A stretch of 64,000 bases of DNA, from positions 3,862,884-3,926,883 of the forward strand of contig CAWDFN010000001.1 in NCBI GenBank assembly GCA_963801675.1, in the 5' to 3' direction. The position numbers and the translations under genes are program-made. Below are positions 30,174 to 40,857 of the stretch, piece by piece. This DNA comes from an uncultured Planctomycetia bacterium (GTDB lineage Bacteria; Planctomycetota; Planctomycetia; Pirellulales; PALSA-1355). Every line of letters begins with the position of its first letter. Position 1 is the first letter of the stretch. The notes under the pieces were generated by a model. That model was not told where the DNA came from and searched no databases. It was given only the letters and a program-made list of their open reading frames with translations.

Positions 30174-33079
30174 ATGAAAACAGGGATCGCTCAATCGACG
30201 TCCTTGCTGGCCGCGGCGTTGATCGTCCTGACGTGCGCAACGGCCGATCGCTGCCAGGCGCAGGTCCGAGTCGACGTGGACGCCGTCAGCGGAGCGCCGT
30301 TCGGCGTGGGCCGCATCACGCTGCAGTCGGGCAACGAGTTCCGCGTCAACATTCCGCCGCGCGCGCCGGGCGGACCGCGCGGCGGGCGGATTGCCGACAT
30401 CGCGAAAAAAGTCATCGAGCAGGGGGTCAAAGCTCCGCCGCCGAACCTGGAAATGGCCGAGATGTCGCTGGTCGAGAAGTCGAGCCGGGTGCTCTATCCG
30501 GTGTTCGAAAAGCGGGACCGCCCGGTGTTGCGCGAGTTCGTTACGATGCCGACGCAAACCACGATTTTCTTTCTGTTCCGCGGCGACGGGCCGCTGGAGT
30601 TGACTTCCTTCGCGCCTCAGCCGCAGGTGGGCCGAGTCACGCCGCGCAAGGATCCGGCCGCGCATGCCCAATTGTTGCAGGCCTGGTGGCGCGATTTCTC
30701 GGCGGCCGCCGACGCCCGTAGCGCGGTCAAAGACTTTCCGCCGCTGGTCGAGGAGTATCTCGTCGACACGCTGTCTCGCCGGCTGCGGTTGCCGCTGCCC
30801 GAACGCGTGGCGGCGACTTCATCGAACATCTTTCAAAGTGAGCTCAACCTGCTGATGGGCACCGAGGCGGCGCGCCAGGAGCTGACCCGCTCGATCCTCA
30901 CCGCGGACGCCAAGCCGCAACTGGCGAGCGAGCCGCTGCCCGAGGAGCTTCCGCAGCCTAAGCCCGAGCTATTGAATCCGGCTGAGGCCGACGTCGAGCC
31001 GCTGGCGATGCACGTTCCGTTGGAATGTCTGTACGTGCGGTTTGGCAGCTTTTCGAACTTTTTGTGGTTGCGTCATCGCTTGGACGAATGGGGCGGCGAG
31101 CTGCGCGACATCGTTTCCGAGCGCGGACTCGACTACAACCTGAACGACCGCATGCAGCGCCAGATGGGGCTGCGCGAGAGCGCTTTGGCCGAACTGTTGG
31201 GCGAACGCGTGATTGCCGACGTGGCCCTGATCGGCGCCGACATGTTTTTGAATGAAGGCGCGGCCATCGGCATGCTATTTCAGGCCAAGAACAGCACGGC
31301 CCTGGCGGCCGACCTGACGCAGCAGCGCTTGACCGCTTTGAAGGAAGCCAAGCATGGCAAGCAAGAGAAGCTCACGGTTGCCGACCACCCGGTGTCGTTC
31401 TTCTCGACGCCCGACAATTCGCTGCGGTCTTTCTACGTCAGTGACGGCGACTTTCACCTGGTTACGACCAGCCGTACGATGGTCGAGTGGTTCCTGGCGA
31501 CCGGCGCCGGCAAGCACGACTCGCTGGGCGCGAGCGAGGAGTTCCGCCTGGCCCGCAAACACATGCCGCTGGCGCGCAACGACACGTTATTCGTGTACCT
31601 TTCGCCGGCCTTCTTTCAAAACCTGTTGAGCCCGCACTATCAGATCGAGCTCGATCGGCGTCTGCGTTCGGCGGTGGAAATCGAACTATTTCAAATTGCC
31701 CAGCTGTCGGCTCGAGCGGAGCAAAAGCAGGCCACCACGATTGGCGAATTGGTGGCCGCCGGGTTCTTGCCGGAAGGATTCGGGGAGCGGTCCGACGGCA
31801 GCCGCTTGGAAATGGCCGCTGCTGAGCCGTTCGATTCGCTGCGCGGCGGTCGCGGCACCTTCCTGCCGATCCCGGACGTGCGGATCGAGAAGGTGACGGC
31901 CGCCGAATCGGCGAAGTATCGCCAGTTTTCCGCCGACTACGTGACACAGTGGGGCTCGATGGATCCGGTCGTGGCCGGAGTCCGGCGCGAGGCCCTGCCC
32001 GGCGGCAAGCTGGAGCGCGTGGTGCTCGACTTGCAGGCCGCGCCGCTCGCGCAGCGCCATGCCGACATGCTGGCCCAATGGCTCGGACCGCCGACCGATC
32101 AGCGGCTGGCGCCGGTGCCCGGCGACGTCGTGGCCTTCGACGCGGTGATGCGCGGCGGATCGGCCACGAGCGGCGACCACCATTTGTTCGGCGCTCTGCG
32201 CGACGCCGATCCGTCGATTGCAATGGATCTGCGCACCAGTCTCATCATGCGGCTGTTCGCTTCGCAGCTCGAAGGCTTGCAAGGATATCTCGGCGCCTGG
32301 CCCGACCCCGGGTTGCTGCGCATTTTGAGCGGCTGGCGCGACGTGCCGGCCGACGGGGCCGGCTATTCGCGTCTGCTCACCGGCTTGACGCGCCGGCAGT
32401 TCAACAACTTTACGTTGCTCTCCTTCCAGCCCGAAGTGTTGGCGAAGATTTCGCCGCAGCTGCGCTTCGAGAAGGCCGAGCGGCCGGCGCAGGTCTGGAT
32501 TCGCGCCGACGACCTGTCGAAATCCAAAATCGCGCCGCTGCTCAACGCCTACGGCTATCGTCAGTCGCGGCAAATCGTGCTGGGCAACTCGCGGTACATG
32601 AACATGCTCATCGAGCAACTTCACGTGCCGGCCCCCGACGCGCGGGCCGTGGCCGAGCGACTGCTGCACGCCAAATTGCTCGATCCGCTGGGCGGACAGT
32701 ATGAATTGCGCGAGCCTTCGCCCGGGCAAAAGGCCTGGACCTCGACGTCGCTGGCCAATGCATCCAACTCGAAGGAACCGCCGGCCGACTACCAGTTTCC
32801 CGCGCTCAATTGGTTCCGCGGCATTCAGCTGGAATTGACGAGCGAGAGCGGACTGCTGGCCGTGCACGGCGAGGTGATCATGCCCGGCGAAACCAAGACG
32901 GGCTTCCAGCTTCCGGGCCTGAACTTGACCGGCCAAAAGCCGGCCGCGTCGCCACCCAAGCCGGCGGCCACGTCCAAGAACGCAACGCCGCCCAAGCCAG
33001 CGGCTGCGCCGCGCCTCCCAAAGTCACCTTCCCGCTGCCGACGCCAGCGCCCAAAACGTCAGGCAAGCGGGAGTTCTAA
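30174..33079 (+). pseudogene. large secreted hypothetical protein (about 968 aa), probable indel near its 3' end
   Basis: ATG 30174: MKTGIAQSTSLLAAALIVLTCATADRCQA. The frame is open into the sulfatase gene, but shifting frame near 33012 gives ...PPKVTFPLPTPAPKTSGKREF with stop 33077-33079. That is 16 nt before the sulfatase ATG, which has its own signal peptide. Confidence 0.55.
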
Positions 33080-33095
33080 AGCTCCGGGTGAGTCC

Positions 33096-34515
33096 ATGAA
33101 GGGGCGACTGACAGCTTGCGGTTGCATGGCTCTGGCGATCGTGTTGGGATCGGCATCCACGGCACACGCGGCGGCGAAGCTCAACGTGCTGCTGATTGCC
33201 GTGGACGACCTGAACAACGACTTGGGTTGTTACGGCCACCGCATCGTCCAGTCGCCCGCCATCGATCGGCTGGCGGCGCGCGGCGTGCGGTTCGACCGGG
33301 CGTATTGCCAGTTTCCGCTGTGCAACCCGTCGCGCGTTTCGATGCTCAGCGGTCGGCGGCCCGACGCGACCGGCATCATGGATCTGCAAACCCCGCCGCG
33401 CACGCACCTCAAAGACGTGGTGTTTCTACCGCAATACTTTCGCCGGCAGGGATATTTCGCCGGCCACGTCGGCAAGATATTTCATACCGGTCCCGCCTTC
33501 GAGGATCCGCCTTCGTGGGACACGGAGATTCGCGAGACCGGAAAAGTCCCGCCGAAGTCGGCGGTGATTCGCGAGCAGACTATCGAGCGGCCGCAAAAGT
33601 ATCACGTCGAATGGGCCGTGCTCAATTCGTCGGACGCCGAGACGGCCGACGGCGTCGTGGCCCGGCAGGGGAGCGAAATGTTGCAGCAGCGCGCCGCGGC
33701 GGACAAGCCGTTTTTTCTGGCGATCGGCTTTCGCCGGCCGCATGCGCCCTACGCGGCGCCGCGAAAGTATTTCGACCTCTACCCGCCCGATCATATTGGG
33801 CCGCTCGCCGAGCCGCCCGATCACCTGCGGGCCATTCCCGCGGCGGCATTGACTTATCCGGCCGGCACGCGCCCGATTTCGGAGTCGGAGCGACAAGAAG
33901 CCGTGGCCGCGTATTATGCTTGCATCTCGTTTGTCGATGCGCAGATCGCCCTGGTGCTCGACACGCTCGATCGGCTCGATCTGTGGAAGAACACGGTCGT
34001 CGTGTTCTATAGCGACCACGGATATCAGCTGGGCGAGCACGGCGGGCTGTGGCACAAGATGTCGCTGTTCGAGCAGTCGGCCCGCGTGCCTATGATCGTG
34101 GCCGCGCCGGGCACGTTGACGGCCGGCCAGTCATGCGCCGCTCTGGTCGAGCTGCTGGACGTCTATCCGACGCTGGTCGATCTTTGCGGCCTGCCGGGCG
34201 ACCCATCGCTGGAAGGCAAGAGCCTGCGCCCGCTGTTGGACAATCCCAAGGGGCAGGTGAAGAACGTGGCCTTCACGCAAGTTCGGCGGGACAATGTGAT
34301 GGGACAGAGCGTGATGGGGCGCAGCGCTGCGCACGACCCGCTGGCGTTACACCGAGTGGGATGCGGGACGCGCGGGAGTCGAGCTGTACGACCACGACAC
34401 CGATACCGGCGAAGTTGTGAACCTGGCCGACGAACCCAAGCTGGCGTCGGAACGATCACAGCTGAGCCGGCTCTTGCAACTGCCGGGAAAGCCGGTGGCC
34501 CGCGGCGCGAAGTGA
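33096..34515 (+). pseudogene. formylglycine-dependent sulfatase (iduronate-2-sulfatase-like), one frameshift as sequenced
   Basis: Signal MKGRLTACGCMALAIVLGSASTAHA. NVLLIAVDDLN, then the sulfatase signature CQFPLCNPSRVSMLSGRRP (CxPxR), then YSDHGYQLGEHGGLWHK. After about 34330 the conserved end WRYTEWDAGRAGVELYDHDTDTGEVVNLADEP...ARGAK is in another frame; stop 34513-34515. Confidence 0.85.
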
Positions 34516-34543
34516 GCGGGGCTTTTCAGCGTGGAGAGCGGCT

Positions 34544-34594
34544 GGGGACTGTCCCAATTTTGCGGAGTCCCCGGAGCAAAATGGGACTGTCCCC
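34544..34594. repeat. palindromic GGGACTGTCCC element downstream of the sulfatase
   Basis: GGGGACTGTCCCAATTTTGC-GGAGTCCCCGGAG-CAAAATGGGACTGTCCCC. The arms CCCAATTTTGC / GCAAAATGGG are complementary and GGGACTGTCCC occurs twice. It starts 29 nt after the stop codon. Confidence 0.7.
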
Positions 34595-34607
34595 TTCTCC
34601 CAGGCGG

Positions 34608-34958
34608 TCATCGAGCGGTTGGAACGGACGACATCGGCATCGATTGCGGCGACATCACTTCGCGGTGGCGAAGCTGTTCTTCCCAGAAGGAGAATTGCGG
34701 GTCGCCGTTGCGAAACGCGAACACGGCGTCGGGCAGCGCGCGGCCGTCGCTGACGCGCGAATGCACGCGCACCAGCACGGCGCCGTCGTGACGGCGTTCA
34801 ACATCCCAGGATTCAAGAGAGTGCAAGGCAGGAGTGTCCAGCAGCGTGTTTGGCGGTTGCGCGAGCCATTGTCGATTTTTGGGTTGCCCCGCGGCGTCAC
34901 CCCAATCGTTGCCCCGGCTCGCGGCGTGACGGTCTATTGTGCCTAAAGTCCCCAACAA
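34608..34958 (-). CDS. hypothetical protein (weak call)
   Basis: 116-aa ORF. The segment WDVERRHDGAVLVRVHSRVSDGRALPDAVFAFRNGDPQFSFWEEQL looks protein-like. No family recognised and the start is uncertain. Confidence 0.3.
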   Translation of the reverse strand: MLGTLGTIDRHAASRGNDWGDAAGQPKNRQWLAQPPNTLLDTPALHSLESWDVERRHDGAVLVRVHSRVSDGRALPDAVFAFRNGDPQFSFWEEQLRHREVMSPQSMPMSSVPTAR

Positions 34959-35154
34959 ATTCTAGGCTAGTTTTTTGCCTTGGGCGCGGATTCGGGCGGC
35001 GCGGAAAAGGGGGCATTTTTCGGGAAAACCCCGTAAATCACGCGCGATGGTCCCGCCCGGCCGTGCACTTGGTCAAACGGCGAGGTCTCGTGCCATCGCC
35101 GGGTCGACGACAGCACGCCCCGCATGGTTGGGGCCGCGGCGTTGGACGGACGTG

Positions 35155-36276
35155 TTATCGTGGGGCTGCATCGGAATAGACTGCGGACGGACCGTCGCCC
35201 GACGCGCGGAGCTCATTGGATGTGGACTCACTGACTCGCGTGTTCGTGAGATGGAGCGACCGCAAGTTCATCGTTTTGATGATGGGGCCAATGGCATCCG
35301 TGACTTGGGCTGAGGTCAGATCGAGGCTGCGAAGTTTTGGCATCCGGGCAATGTACGCCATTTGTTCATCCGTAATTCGAGTGTGAGTGAGACAAAGCGT
35401 CTCGAGCGTCTTGAGTCCTTCCAGCCCACTGCCCGTCACATTCGTGTTGTTCAGCGACAATTCTGCCAGTTTCGGCAGCGCTCGCAACAACGGGAGACCG
35501 GCATCGGTGACTTGAGTTTCACTCAAAGTGAGCGATTCGAGCTTAGGAAGTATTTGAAGCGTCCTTAGTCCCGCATCGTTGAAAGGCGTCCCATCCAATT
35601 CGATCTGTTTAAGTGGCGCGCCAGACAAATATGCCAGGCCCGTGCCTGTGACTTGCGTGCCGCCGACGTCGAGGTAATCGAGTTTTCTGAGTCCATTGAG
35701 ATGTGCCAGTCCGGCGTCCGCGATCGCCGACTCACGGCCGGAGGAACGCAGCGACAGCTTAGTGAGTTGCTTGAGATCGCGCAAGTGCTCAAGCCCACTG
35801 TCGCTCACGTCCGAGACGTCCAAATGGAGTTCGACCAGGTGAGTAAGCCGTCCCAGGACGCGCACCTCGTGGTCTCGTACGGAATAATCTTGCAGGAACA
35901 GATACCGGAGCGCAGGCAGCTTTCCAATGAGTTCGATGTTGCCGTCGATCGCGCTACCTGTTGACGCCCGCCCTCGCTCAGGCCCGCTCATGGCTGGAAT
36001 TTGAACAAGGGTGACAGTATGGAAATAATCGACGCCGATTGGCTCCTCCAGCCAGTTCGGCGTTGCCGCTTCGCCAAAGGGATCATCTTCGTCGTAGTCA
36101 TACTCCACGATTCCGCCCGTCTCTTTAATCACCGCAACGATCCGGCGCTGGTCGATCGCCCACTTGCTGACGATGCCTAGCCAGACGCACAGTAGCGTCA
36201 CGACGACCAGCATCGTGCGCAGGCTGTAGCGCCACCAGCGGCGGCGCTTGACGGACATTTCGTTCAGATCGGCCAT
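35155..36276 (-). CDS. membrane-anchored leucine-rich repeat protein
   Basis: 373 aa. N-terminus KRRRWWRYSLRTMLVVVTLLCVWLGIV is a TM anchor. It is followed by about 10 repeats of the 24-25-residue type LxxLxxLxLxxTxVTDxGLxxL. Confidence 0.8.
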   Translation of the reverse strand: MADLNEMSVKRRRWWRYSLRTMLVVVTLLCVWLGIVSKWAIDQRRIVAVIKETGGIVEYDYDEDDPFGEAATPNWLEEPIGVDYFHTVTLVQIPAMSGPERGRASTGSAIDGNIELIGKLPALRYLFLQDYSVRDHEVRVLGRLTHLVELHLDVSDVSDSGLEHLRDLKQLTKLSLRSSGRESAIADAGLAHLNGLRKLDYLDVGGTQVTGTGLAYLSGAPLKQIELDGTPFNDAGLRTLQILPKLESLTLSETQVTDAGLPLLRALPKLAELSLNNTNVTGSGLEGLKTLETLCLTHTRITDEQMAYIARMPKLRSLDLTSAQVTDAIGPIIKTMNLRSLHLTNTRVSESTSNELRASGDGPSAVYSDAAPR

Positions 36277-36302
36277 GGTGCCAGTCTGCGGTTCTTAAGG
36301 TC

Positions 36303-37505
36303 CTACCGCGGCGCGGAATTGCCGGTGAGGATCATGATCTCTCGGGCGTTCGATTTGCGGAGCTCTTCGGCGGCGGAAGCGGTGACCGGCGTGTTTTGCA
36401 GCCACAGCTGGTCCAGATTCAAGCCTTGCAGGACCGGGATGATGGCGTCGGTGACTTGGGTTGCATCGAGCTTGAGCCGGCGAAGTTTGCGCAGTGCACC
36501 GATGTGCCTGATGTTGTCGTCGGAGAATTGCGTGTGGCTGAGGTCGAGGTATTCGAGGTTGGGAAATCCTTGCAATCCGCTGCCCGTTACGTTGGTATGG
36601 TTCAGGTTCAAAACGTTCAGCTTGGGCAGGGCTCCCAGCAGAGCGACACCTTCGTCGGTGACGTGGGTGCCGTTGAGTTCCAGGAAGTCCAAGTGGCTGA
36701 GCGACGCCAGGCATTTCATTCCCGCGTCGGTGACTTGGGTTTTCGACAGCCCGAGATTGCGGAGATTCGGAAAGTGCTTGAGCGCTTCTAGGCCGGCGTC
36801 GGTCAGCGGCGTCCGGTTCAGGTACAGCATATCAAGCGGCGCAGCGGACAGTTGCAACAGGCCCAGGCCGGAGACTCGCGAGCCGTCAAGATCCAGATAC
36901 TTCAGGCGCGTCAGTCCTTGGAGGTGCGCGAGCCCCGCGTCGGACATCGCCGACTCATCGACGCCCGAACTCAGCGAAAGCCGGGTGAGCCGCGTAAGAC
37001 CTCGCAACTGCTCGAGCCCGGCGTCGGTCACGTTCGAACCATTCACGTAGATCGCGTCGAGTTTGGCGAGGCCTCGCAAACCGCGCAGGCCCCGATCGGT
37101 GGGAGAATGTTTGTCCACGCGGAGGAAATTCAGCTGGGGCAGCTTGCCAATCAACTCCAGGGTGTCGTCGACCGAGCGTTTTGTCGACTGCGGCGACTGC
37201 TCGCCAAAATCGCCCGGCTGAAACACTATCTCGACGATGGAACGGAAGTAGTCGTCGCCAATGAGTTGTCGCAACGAGCCCGGCAACCATCTCGGCGACG
37301 CCGGCGGGTCTGCAAACGGGTCGTGCGAGTGATCGTCGTACGCGAAGTAACCCCCCGCTCGCGCGATCGCGGCCGCGGCGCGGCGCTGGTCGACGACCCG
37401 TTTGGTAACGACCCCCAGCCAGACGCACAGCAGCGTCACGACGACCAACAGCGAGCGCAGGCTGTACGTCAACCAGCGGCGGCGTTTGATGGGCGTGTCT
37501 TCCAT
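36303..37505 (-). CDS. membrane-anchored leucine-rich repeat protein, paralog of 35155..36276
   Basis: ATG 37505: MEDTPIKRRRWLTYSLRSLLVVVTLLCVWLGVV. Same architecture and the same LRR type (LKYLDLDGSRVSGLGL, LRNLGLSKTQVTDAGM ...). 400 aa. Confidence 0.8.
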   Translation of the reverse strand: MEDTPIKRRRWLTYSLRSLLVVVTLLCVWLGVVTKRVVDQRRAAAAIARAGGYFAYDDHSHDPFADPPASPRWLPGSLRQLIGDDYFRSIVEIVFQPGDFGEQSPQSTKRSVDDTLELIGKLPQLNFLRVDKHSPTDRGLRGLRGLAKLDAIYVNGSNVTDAGLEQLRGLTRLTRLSLSSGVDESAMSDAGLAHLQGLTRLKYLDLDGSRVSGLGLLQLSAAPLDMLYLNRTPLTDAGLEALKHFPNLRNLGLSKTQVTDAGMKCLASLSHLDFLELNGTHVTDEGVALLGALPKLNVLNLNHTNVTGSGLQGFPNLEYLDLSHTQFSDDNIRHIGALRKLRRLKLDATQVTDAIIPVLQGLNLDQLWLQNTPVTASAAEELRKSNAREIMILTGNSAPR

Positions 37506-37581
37506 TCGGGTGATTATAACCCGGAATGCGAAGCCATAACGACGGTGCCGTGGCTGCATCGATTCGGTCGAATCGGCAAAT

Positions 37582-38163
37582 TCAGTTTGCCGCCAGCGAT
37601 GTGATGCGCGTCTTGGCGGCCCGCTTCGTCGAAACCGGCGCGGCTCCGCCGTGCGATTCCATCGCCAGCAGTCGGACTTTCATTGCCGGGCCGTCGGGCG
37701 ACGAGAAGGCGCCGGTGGTGCCGTCGGAATTGATGACGCGGTGGCAAGGCACGATCAGGGGAACGCGATTGCCGGCCATCGTGTTGCCCACCGCGCGGGC
37801 CGCACGGGCCGATCCGCTGGCCGCGGCCAGGTCGCCGTAGCTGCGAGTATCGCCGTAGCCGATCGCGCGGCAGTGCTTCATGACGCGCCGCTGGAAGGGG
37901 GTTAAGTGATCGAAGTCGACCTCGACGTCTCGAAAATCGGTGACCATGCCCTCGGAATACTCCCGCAGCTTCTCGACCAGTCCGGGGCACCAGTCGCCCG
38001 GCGTGGCTTTGGCAAGCAACGTGCGATCCAGCGCGGCCAGCGCCGCCGCCTTGCTGGCGTGGGCGAAGACGAGTTGGCGGACAGTTCGCCCGCTGCCGAT
38101 GACGGCCATCCAGCCCAAATCGGTGTCAAAAGCCACAACTTGCAGCGGGCGCTGGGGTGACAT
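37582..38163 (-). CDS. ogt: methylated-DNA--protein-cysteine methyltransferase
   Basis: 193 aa. LTPFQRRVMKHCRAIGYGDTRSYGDLAAASGSARAARAVGNTMAGNRVPLIVPCHRVINSDG contains the PCHRV active-site motif. Confidence 0.9.
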   Translation of the reverse strand: MSPQRPLQVVAFDTDLGWMAVIGSGRTVRQLVFAHASKAAALAALDRTLLAKATPGDWCPGLVEKLREYSEGMVTDFRDVEVDFDHLTPFQRRVMKHCRAIGYGDTRSYGDLAAASGSARAARAVGNTMAGNRVPLIVPCHRVINSDGTTGAFSSPDGPAMKVRLLAMESHGGAAPVSTKRAAKTRITSLAAN

Positions 38164-38334
38164 GTTGGTTTCTCCGTATTTGAATTGACGGCCGGCGTTC
38201 CCGCCCCGGCTGGCCGCGCGTGGGCTTTGACAGCTTTGGAAGGGTCATTCTATACTGAACCCGATGCGTGGCAAGCTGCCGTGTCGGGGCCGCGTATTGC
38301 CGCCTCGTCCGCAAGATCCACAAGGGACCTCTTG

Positions 38335-39078
38335 ATGAATCCGTACAGTTCCTTGAGTGACGACTTTTACGTCAACATGAATCTCAGCACCGAGATGGAG
38401 CTGCCGAGCAACCGCGAATCGATTTTGCAATTCTTCGAGCGGGTGCAAAAAAAATACCCCACCATGCGCAACTTCTATTGCCGCGAGAAGGGGGACTTCA
38501 TTCTCGAGGAAGACAAGGAGCAGGGGCATTATCGCTGGACCACGGTCGAAACCCGTCGGCTATGCTCGGGCCAGGTGAATCCCGGCTCGGTCGAGGACGC
38601 CCTGGAACAGCATCGCCTGGTGCTCGACCTGGCTCCCTTCATGCTGTCGCTAAGCACGATCGATTGCGAAGCGATCGACTTGCTGTTCGGCTTCGACTTT
38701 ACGTATCGCGGCAACCACAACCAGCTGGTGGCCGAGGCGTTGGGCCTCAACCCGGCCCTGGAGCGAATGCTCGAGGCGCCGCACGCCACGATCGTCAATT
38801 ACGAGCCGACGATCACGCTGGCGCTCGACGAGGAGTGCCGCATGCAGTGCCGCTTGAGCATCGAAACGCGGACCAACGCCTATCAGGTGCGCACGGGCGA
38901 TTTTCCCGAGGAGCAGTTGAGCGTCTACGTCACCGCCCGCCGCTATGGCGGTCTGCCCCCCGGCACCAGCTTCGTGCAAACGCTGGAAAGTCTGGCCAAA
39001 GTCTGCCACGACATGGTCGAAAACCACGTCGCCGACAGCATCTTGCGCCCGCTGGCCCGGGCGATTGAGGCGCGGTAG
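38335..39078 (+). CDS. conserved-looking hypothetical protein
   Basis: ATG 38335: MNPYSSLSDDFYVNMNLSTEMELPSNRESILQFFERVQKKYPTMRNFYCREKGDFILEED... 247 aa of ordinary globular composition. No family recognised. Confidence 0.6.
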   Translation: MNPYSSLSDDFYVNMNLSTEMELPSNRESILQFFERVQKKYPTMRNFYCREKGDFILEEDKEQGHYRWTTVETRRLCSGQVNPGSVEDALEQHRLVLDLAPFMLSLSTIDCEAIDLLFGFDFTYRGNHNQLVAEALGLNPALERMLEAPHATIVNYEPTITLALDEECRMQCRLSIETRTNAYQVRTGDFPEEQLSVYVTARRYGGLPPGTSFVQTLESLAKVCHDMVENHVADSILRPLARAIEAR

Positions 39079-39098
39079 GGCGCCGGGGCGTTGCCCCG

Positions 39099-40743
39099 TC
39101 ATCTCGTTGCATGATCCACGTCCTGCCGCGCGGCCACGACGTGGGTTACGATCGAGTGCATGCGGTCTTCGTCGGCGAAGGGGGACAGCACGTACGACTT
39201 GAGGGCTACGATCGGGTCGCCGAAGTCGGTCTGACGGTAGCAGTTGGTCAGCGAGATGGCGACGCCCTCGCCGGCCAGAGCCCCCGCGTGGACGCGCTCG
39301 AAGATGCGGCGGTTGTACTCGTTGTGCGCCAACACCTGCTCGCGATAGCCCTCTTCGCTCCGCTCGCGGGCTTTGACGCTGAACGTGTCGACGCCGTCGG
39401 GATAGGCGCGAAACAGCGTGACCGGGCCGACGTTTTCGCCGTTGAGCACCGTCAGGTTGGGATGCGACTCGATCATTTCGCGCAGCACTTCGGCCATTTC
39501 CACCGCGTGCCCCAGCAGCGTGCGATAGCCCTCCTTGCCGAACAGCAGCAAATTGGCCAGCGCCGCCATCGGGCCCATGCCGCTGCGCGTCGTCTCGAGC
39601 GTGTACATGCCGGGATGAAGTTCGCCCGACTGGTAGAGATAGGGCATCGTGTCGCGGCTGCGGGCGATCAAATCGAATTGGCTGGCCTCGCGAAACAGCA
39701 CCAGCGACGAAAGATAGGGCGTGTAGCCGGTCTTGTGGAAGTCGATGCCGATCGAATCGGCCAGCCGCAAATGCTGTATGTCGTGCTGCGCCGCCGCCAG
39801 GGCGCGCACCGTGCGGCCGCGAAACCCCAGCGGGTTTTGCAAAAAGTCGTAGTCGTTGAACACGCTCCAGGCCCAGCCGATCACGGCGTCGGCGTGCAAG
39901 TGCGGCAGGTAGGGCAGGGCGAACTCCTCGGCCAGACGTCGCCGCACGGCGTCGACGGCCTGCAAGTCGTCGATGCCGAAGGCGTCGGTCGAACCCATCG
40001 TGGCCACGATGGCGGCGATTTTCTTGCCGGCGGTCAGCGCTTCGCGGGCCGCCTTTTCCAGCGCCGGAATCTGGATCGAGTTGTCCAGGTGCGTCGGCAC
40101 CAGCACGACGTTGTCCTGGCCGATGCCCAGCCAACTGGCGACGTTGAGGCATGAGTAGTGGCTGTGCTGCGAGGCGAGAATCACCGCGTCCTGTTTCAGA
40201 CCCGCGCGACCCGCGCCGGGCACGGCTTTTTCCAGCCCGACTTTCACGCCGTACAGCATTGCAACCGGTGCCGCCGAACGTGAACACGCCGCCGGCACGA
40301 GCGGGATCGTAGCCGACCAGGTCGGCGGCCATCGCCGTGGCCCGCACTTCGGCCTCGGAGAAGAGCCGACCGCTTTCGTCGCTGCACAGATTCGGGTTGT
40401 ACGTCAGCGGAAGCAGCACGCCAATAATGCTGGCGATCGACGGATTGGGCACCACGTTGATCTGGCTGCGCGGATGGCCCCAGATGAACATGCCTTGCAG
40501 ATAGCTGACCAGCTCGGGGATGACCGATTCCAGCACGCGCCCCTTTTCATGGACGCGCTCGCTCTTGGCTCGCGGATAATTCGGCTCGGTGGGCGTGCCC
40601 AGGATCGGCGCCTGCGATTTCAGCGCGTCGACCTGGTCGAGCGCCCGCAGGATCGAGAACACGACATAGCCGTCGTGAACCGGGTCGGAGATCGGCTGCG
40701 GAAAAGCCTTGCGAAGCGTCTCGAGCAACTGCTGATAATGCAC
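39099..40743 (-). pseudogene. group II pyridoxal-dependent decarboxylase-like protein, one frameshift as sequenced
   Basis: The N-terminal 150 aa (MHYQQLLETLRKAFPQPISDP...GVFTFGGTG) are in ORF 38650..40743. From about 40265 the protein continues in ORF 39099..40298: AMLYGVKVGL...HADAVIGWAWSVF...SIGIDFHKTGYTPYLSS (the HK is the candidate PLP lysine). Confidence 0.75.
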
Positions 40744-40770
40744 GTGGAGACCTCGTTAAGCGGGCTCACA

Positions 40771-40832
40771 CTAACCCGACGCGCAAGCGAGGGTCTCTTC
40801 CTATTTTTTCCCTCGGTGGCGCGTCGGGTTAG
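40771..40832. repeat. isolated hairpin module of the mosaic repeat family
   Basis: CTAACCCGACGCGCAAGCGAGGG-TCTCTTCCTATTTTTT-CCCTCGGTGGCGCGTCGGGTTAG. It lies between the decarboxylase start and the ABC permease stop. Confidence 0.8.
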
Positions 40833-40857
40833 TGTAGGTCATTCACCGTTCCAATTT

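Noticed and set aside
30009-34946. 1645-aa ORF as a single giant protein
   Set aside because: It contains an internal complete sulfatase with its own signal peptide. The conserved sulfatase C-terminus and a plausible stop for the upstream protein lie in other frames. The tail beyond 34515 is not protein-like. It is a fusion created by indels and high-GC open frames.
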